Assembly (NCBI GenBank): GCA_023231475.1
Contig: JALJEE010001195.1
Span: 1-55,573, forward strand
Origin: Seison nebaliae
Taxonomy: Eukaryota
DNA length: 55,573 nt
Direction: 5' to 3'
The notes under the pieces are model-generated. The model saw nothing but the letters and a program-made list of their open reading frames with translations. It was not told where the DNA came from and did not search any database. Both the position numbers and the translations under genes were made by a program. Positions within the stretch are counted from its first letter, which is position 1. Each line of letters begins with the position of its first letter. Positions 50,505-55,573 of this stretch are shown here, in pieces.

Positions 50505-50810
50505 ATGGTTCAAGGAAAACAAAAGTTAATTTCGAAGAAAAAGAAAGTTTTATCATCTAAAAATGTCAAAGTTAAAATTGTGAAAACAACAAAAAAGTAT
50601 TCAACGAAAAAAAGTTCAAATATTTTTTAATTTTAATTTTTTATTTTCTTCCATATTAGCCAAGCCGATGAAAACGAAAGGAATTAGCGTTATTTTCTTT
50701 CTAATGTTCATTAATTCCATTAACATCATCATTTCATTATTTAGGAATTATCGAAGGGAATTGCACAAATGGCGGAAAATGCGATCAAAGAGAAAAGTGC
50801 CGCCAATTGA
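50505..50810 (+). CDS. C19orf53: UPF0390/C19orf53-like small basic protein, 67 aa, 3 exons; missed by the ORF track
   Basis: CACCATGG start; introns 50614-50659 and 50689-50744; product MVQGKQKL...ELSKGIAQMAENAIKEKSAAN*. Confidence 0.7.
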
Positions 50811-51010
50811 ACATAAATTAATAATTGGTTTTCATAAAATTATTTCGTATAAAAAATTATTGTCAACCAATCTTATCTTCTATAATCAGGAAAAAAAGAT
50901 TCTTTATTCTAAATTCTTATTTATCTGTGATATCTTCGTTGTGGGAATATTATTGTGAAGATAAAAAAATAGAAATTTCAATAAAAATATCTGTAGAAAT
51001 TGAAGGGAGA

Positions 51011-53444
51011 ATGTATGGAATGTTATTAGAAAGTTTGCATTTTTTCATTGTAAAAGAATATGGGAAAGATGTTTGGGAAACTGTTCTACGCAAATGTTTC
51101 ATTTTCGAACAATATTTCATTACACATAAAGTTTATGATGAGTCTTACATTCCAAATCTTGCTAATGGTTAAAATGAATATTTTGTTTGTTTGGAATAAA
51201 ACGAATTTATTTATGCATATATTGAATTTAGCTTTAGCATCTATAACATTAAAGTCAGCAGATAATCATTTGAAATATTTCGGAGAATATTTTGTCCGTT
51301 ATCTCTCGTATTATGGTTATGACAAATTGTTACGAGTAGCGGGAAGAGATTTCAGTGATCTACTTCATACCATTGATGAAATTCATGAGACGATGAATTT
51401 TACATTTCCTCGAATGAAATCACCGTCATTTTATGTTGAGAATGAAACAGATTATGGAATTCAACTTCATTATCAGTTTCTTATTTTCATCTTCAGTTGA
51501 CGATTTATGACTTCTATATTCAAGTTCTTGTCGTAAAGGATATACTTCTTATGTTATCGGCCAATTGGAAACATTAGCGAAAATGTTGTATAATATTGAG
51601 ATTGCTGTGACACCGGAAGATAGAAGTGGAGAAAGTGGCTCTTACATCGTTTTTCATATCAAATTCGATAATCAACCTAAAAGGAAAAAAATGGTTGTCA
51701 AATATGAAACAACAGGAAATTGTTTATTATTTGGTGATAATAATTATGAAAGGATCAAACAACAACAGTTGGAAAATATGGGAAACACAATTCTAAGTAA
51801 ACGAAATCGAATTATTAACGGAATATTTCCAACGTTCAAATTTCTTAAAGTTTCCGATAATATTTTAAATGAAAAATTAAATTATTTTCATTCAGATTTT
51901 CCCATTTCACATTATTATTGATAAAGAATTACGGATTCGACATATGGGAAATAGTTTAAGTCGAATTCCAATATCTAAAAACTTTTTGGGTTCAAAATTA
52001 CTTAAACATTTCCATATTAGACGTCCATCGGTCAATTGTTCATTCGAAAGAGTTCAAATTATTTTCACAGTCAGTTAATAAATTAAAGAATACTTTGAAG
52101 ATCGTAAATTTTTCTTCTTATCATTTATTCGAATTGGAAACGAAATTGAATTTGGGAAAGAAATCTCATTGTACAACTTCGCTGGTATTAAAGGGTCAAA
52201 TGAAACATTTTCCTGTTTGGAACTGTATCATTTTCATATGTCGTCCACTGTTAGACATTCTCATTTTTATTTGTTGAGAGAATAAAACTTTTCTTGAACG
52301 ATTTATGATTATCTATTTAATAGATTAGAAAATATTCAAGAAATGGAACAACTTGGACTGTTCATAAATGATTTATGTTTATTCGATGTCAGTCGAACAG
52401 TAATTATTGAAGGAACGAATAGACATTTTAAATTAAAAAAAAATTTTATGAAAGTTTTCATTTTCCTTAAATTATATTAATTCATTGATTTATTCTAGGC
52501 AACCGATTTAGTAGATCAGATGCATTGCATCAATGATCGATTGAGAAAGCAAGAGAGTCGAACGAAAGAACTCCTATTCGACTTATTTCCTTATCAAATC
52601 GCTCAAATGATTGAAAATGGGAAAAATGTTTTTGAAATTAACGAAGTTCATCAATTTGAATTCGAAGTAACTAACAACCATTTTTTAGACATTCGAAGAT
52701 ATTAGTTTAATGATGATTAGATTATCTAATTTGGATATTCTTCAAAGTATTTCTCCTCCAAAATTACTTATTGAACAACTTAATCATCTTAATAGAACAA
52801 TCGAGATATTAATCAAAAGCTATCATGTCACTCGTGTTAATTTTGGTAATGATTCCTCATACATAATTGCATCAGGCATCCGAAAAATGAATGAAGATAC
52901 AAATATGATAAAAAGCGATTCAAATACCAGTTTAATGAAAGTAATTTTCAATTTATTTAATAGAATTTCAAATTCATTCAATTTAGACTGTTGAAGATTT
53001 CCAGATGAGCGATGAGTCCATAATGTCCGATGTCATGAGTCAAACTAAAACTGAACCGAATTTGACAGAAATCCTGTTAATTCTCGCAATGGACATTCGG
53101 GAGTCAGTAAAAAAGTCGAAATTGATCAGTGAAAATTTCCATTTCCAAATTGGAATTCATACCGGAAACGCGATGGGATGTATTGTCGGTCATGAGACAA
53201 TCCAATATTTTCTATTTGGACAAATTGTAGAAGAGACGAAATTAATTATGAATTATTGTGCTGACAAAGAAATATTATTATCGAATGAAGCTGCTCTTTT
53301 CATCAATAAAAGTCAATACAACATCGTACAAATCGAGGTTTTCTTCCTAATTATTTTTTTATTAATCAAATTTTTCTCTTCTAAAAGAAATGTTTAGATA
53401 ATCCTGAGACAAATAAAAAATGTTGGGTATCCTCCTGCTACTAA
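51011..53444 (+). CDS. Atypical soluble guanylyl cyclase subunit (Gyc-88E/89D-like H-NOX, PAS, coiled coil, degenerate cyclase), 10 exons
   Basis: MYGMLLES, YGYDKLLRVAGR, DEIHETM, FPRMKSPSF, YHSCR, FPFH, LKGQM, GLFINDL and IGIHTG. Introns 51168-51231, 51476-51524, 51850-51895, 52052-52100, 52250-52323, 52454-52498, 52646-52688, 52941-52986 and 53338-53387. Confidence 0.9.
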
Positions 53445-53665
53445 ATGTCATCTACGTCAATATTGAAATCTTTCAAATTAAACTCATTTTCATCTCCTTT
53501 TGATTGATTTTGATTCAATTGCCAAATAGCCGATCGTTCCATTCTTAAACGTTTCAATTGATCCTCAATCTTTAATTTCATTTCCCCGAAAACTTGAAGT
53601 TGACTTTCGATCTCATTCATTCTTTTCAGTGCAGAAGCTCTATCGCATTTGTTTATAGAACTCAT
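53441..53665 (-). CDS. SNAPC5: snRNA-activating protein complex subunit 5 (SNAP19)-like
   Basis: LKRMNEIESQLQVFGEMKLKIEDQLKRLRMERSAI aligns by eye with human SNAPC5 LSRLQELRKEEETLLRLKAALHDQLNRLKVEELAL; acidic tail. Confidence 0.7.
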   Translation of the reverse strand: MSSINKCDRASALKRMNEIESQLQVFGEMKLKIEDQLKRLRMERSAIWQLNQNQSKGDENEFNLKDFNIDVDDI

Positions 53666-53796
53666 TTTTTTCTCACCAACATTGATTGTTTCTTAAGTAG
53701 AAATGTGATTTCTTATAAAATATCTGAATTCCAATGGAAAGAAGAGAGATAGAAAACATTTCTTCAAATTTTATTTGTCGTCAAAATATATGAAAT

Positions 53797-54312
53797 TTAA
53801 AATTTCTCTTCCTCCAAACCATCTTTAAAATAGATAAAGTATGGTGTTGTTCCATCTTCTCGATAGTTCATAACCACAATCATACCATCATCATCTAAAC
53901 TTTCGCTAATATAAGTATCGAAGTTGTCGAAATCGGGCAAGATTTTCTTGGTAATGAGATTTTGAGCAGCTTTCATGAATTCTTCTGTTCTTCCTGGTTC
54001 CTTTTCTGCCACTTTAGCCTTCAACTTTTTCATGTATTTCATCACCCATGCTTTATAATCTTTTTTGGAATAAGGAACTAATTGCAATTTGTGATTATGC
54101 ACAATATTGATAACTTTCTCGGCAGTATCCATAGTATCATCGACGTCATCACCTTCGGCAGAGGCGTTTCCACCAATTAATGCGTCAGAAATTCCGCTGT
54201 CTACTGTCATCATTCCTCCGTCGACTTCATAGTAACAATTATCCACTAATTTCATCTTGTAGGAATCACTCAAAACATCATCACCAGTAAATATATCTTT
54301 AAAAATCAACAT
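53797..54312 (-). CDS. TPT1: Translationally controlled tumour protein (TCTP)
   Basis: MLIFKDIFTGDDVLSD, LIGGNASAEG, NYREDGTTPYFIYFKDGLEEEK. Confidence 0.97.
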   Translation of the reverse strand: MLIFKDIFTGDDVLSDSYKMKLVDNCYYEVDGGMMTVDSGISDALIGGNASAEGDDVDDTMDTAEKVINIVHNHKLQLVPYSKKDYKAWVMKYMKKLKAKVAEKEPGRTEEFMKAAQNLITKKILPDFDNFDTYISESLDDDGMIVVMNYREDGTTPYFIYFKDGLEEEKF

Positions 54313-55110
54313 TCTAACGACTCAAGATATTTCGCTGCGTAACCAGAAAATTTCTAATGCAAATGTAAATTATGTAAGTAAAATTTAGGACTAAAATCTT
54401 CATATGATTATTAGTTTAATATGACTAGCTCAATTTAAAATTAATAGCAAACAAATATTAGAGTCAAATTTTAAGCTTCTTTTTAAGCCAAAAAAACCAC
54501 ATGTCTCTTCAGTTTATTTGTACTCTTAATTATTCATATAGGACTGTTATAAATGTTTTATAATTATTGTATAAATTGTTATACTTGCGGTATATCAATC
54601 AGATAGGATTTAGTAATTTCATAGGCCGAGCATACAACTAAAATACATGAGTATATATAGATTCTACGTTATATACAAGCTGTAATACAAGTTAATATTA
54701 AAACTATATTAATGAATTTAACATAAATCTCCGTAAGAAAATTTAAAAGTTATGTTGAACATGTGTTGTGTTATGTTTTGATTAATGATATTATTATTAA
54801 AAAAGCTTTAATACAAAATAATAACTCCTAAATTTACTAACCAAATTATTTTCATATTCGTCTACACCAGCTAGACATCAATGTCTTTATCGAGCTGTAA
54901 AGGTTTAATCCTTGGTATATAAATATGTATAATAAACAAAAATTAGATAAATATGAAATATGATTCTTATAGTTTTTGTCGTTTCCATTTATCATTCGTG
55001 GATATCTCAACCGCGACCCCTCGTCGGTTGCTAAGCGATTACTGCAATTTCCAATTGTCGCTCTCATTTGGTTCATGACGAATGGTTCGATGATTCCCGG
55101 AATGTAGCTA

Positions 55111-55250
55111 AATTTGGCTAAGTTCCTAATGAAGATATGAGATTTGGCTACGTTCCAAGTCAAGAAAAAAAATTTGGCTACATTCCAAGTGAAAAACAAA
55201 GATTTGGCTACGTTCCAAATAAAGATAAGAGATTTAGCTATGTTCCGTTT
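55111..55250. repeat. 30-bp minisatellite, about 4.7 copies
   Basis: (a/g)attt(g/a)gctaN(g/a)ttcc recurs at 55111, 55141, 55171, 55201 and 55231. Confidence 0.9.
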
Positions 55251-55573
55251 AGGACTTATATCATATCTGGATTTTGCAAAGGTGAACCGTAACGGACTAA
55301 CAAGGGAAGTATCCGATATGCAGGAAACGAAATTAAAATTAAAAATAAATAGGATATGTAAAAAATAATGCTTATTAGGATAGCATTTTTATTTTCTGCC
55401 ATTTTTTTCTATTAGTGCCTAAAATGGTGCAAAGCTTTATTTCCAATAAAGTTGTGGAATAATTATTCACGAACTATGCATGATCTACCACGTACCAATA
55501 ATTGTTCGGAAGGACATAATAATACAATAAAGATCTTTGTGAAAAGTGGTTGCTTAACGATGAACCGTTTCGA

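Noticed and set aside
7506..53444. Alternative genetic code, programmed frameshifting or mass pseudogenisation to explain fragmented ORFs
   Set aside because: Each break examined in the recognised genes is resolved by a 38-84-nt GT-AG intron that restores conserved motifs under the standard code.
55111..55250. 30-bp periodic repeat as a CRISPR array, or as the 74-aa/115-aa repeat proteins
   Set aside because: Units are contiguous and degenerate with no unique spacers, there are no cas genes and the context is eukaryotic. The ORFs arise because the period is divisible by three.

Overview
AT-rich, gene-dense eukaryotic DNA from a compact animal genome; the organism cannot be identified from the sequence alone. 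The left half holds patchworks of short decayed transposon fragments (MULE, pogo/Tc5, hAT, LINE, Gypsy), a tRNA-Phe and three large genes of unknown function. The right half is a tightly packed run of recognisable genes: KIF21-like kinesin, KAT14, DDX10, NSUN7, SDHAF2, CNBP-like, PRPF3, a MET/RON-like receptor tyrosine kinase, MYCBP, UPF0390/C19orf53, an atypical soluble guanylyl cyclase, SNAPC5 and TCTP. The main signal is in splicing. Reconstructing reading frames by hand gives about 49 short introns (38-84 nt), and about 43 of them start GTT with almost no U1-type consensus. By contrast, 6 of 7 introns longer than 100 nt start GTA/GTG. AAG acceptors are also unusually common. This suggests two length-dependent splice-site classes and a divergent spliceosome. 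Other points: an O2-type H-NOX domain fused to an apparently dead cyclase, an NSUN7 lacking both catalytic cysteines, overlapping stop codons of convergent genes, and a tRNA-Phe with a G73 discriminator. All gene models are manual and lack transcript support.
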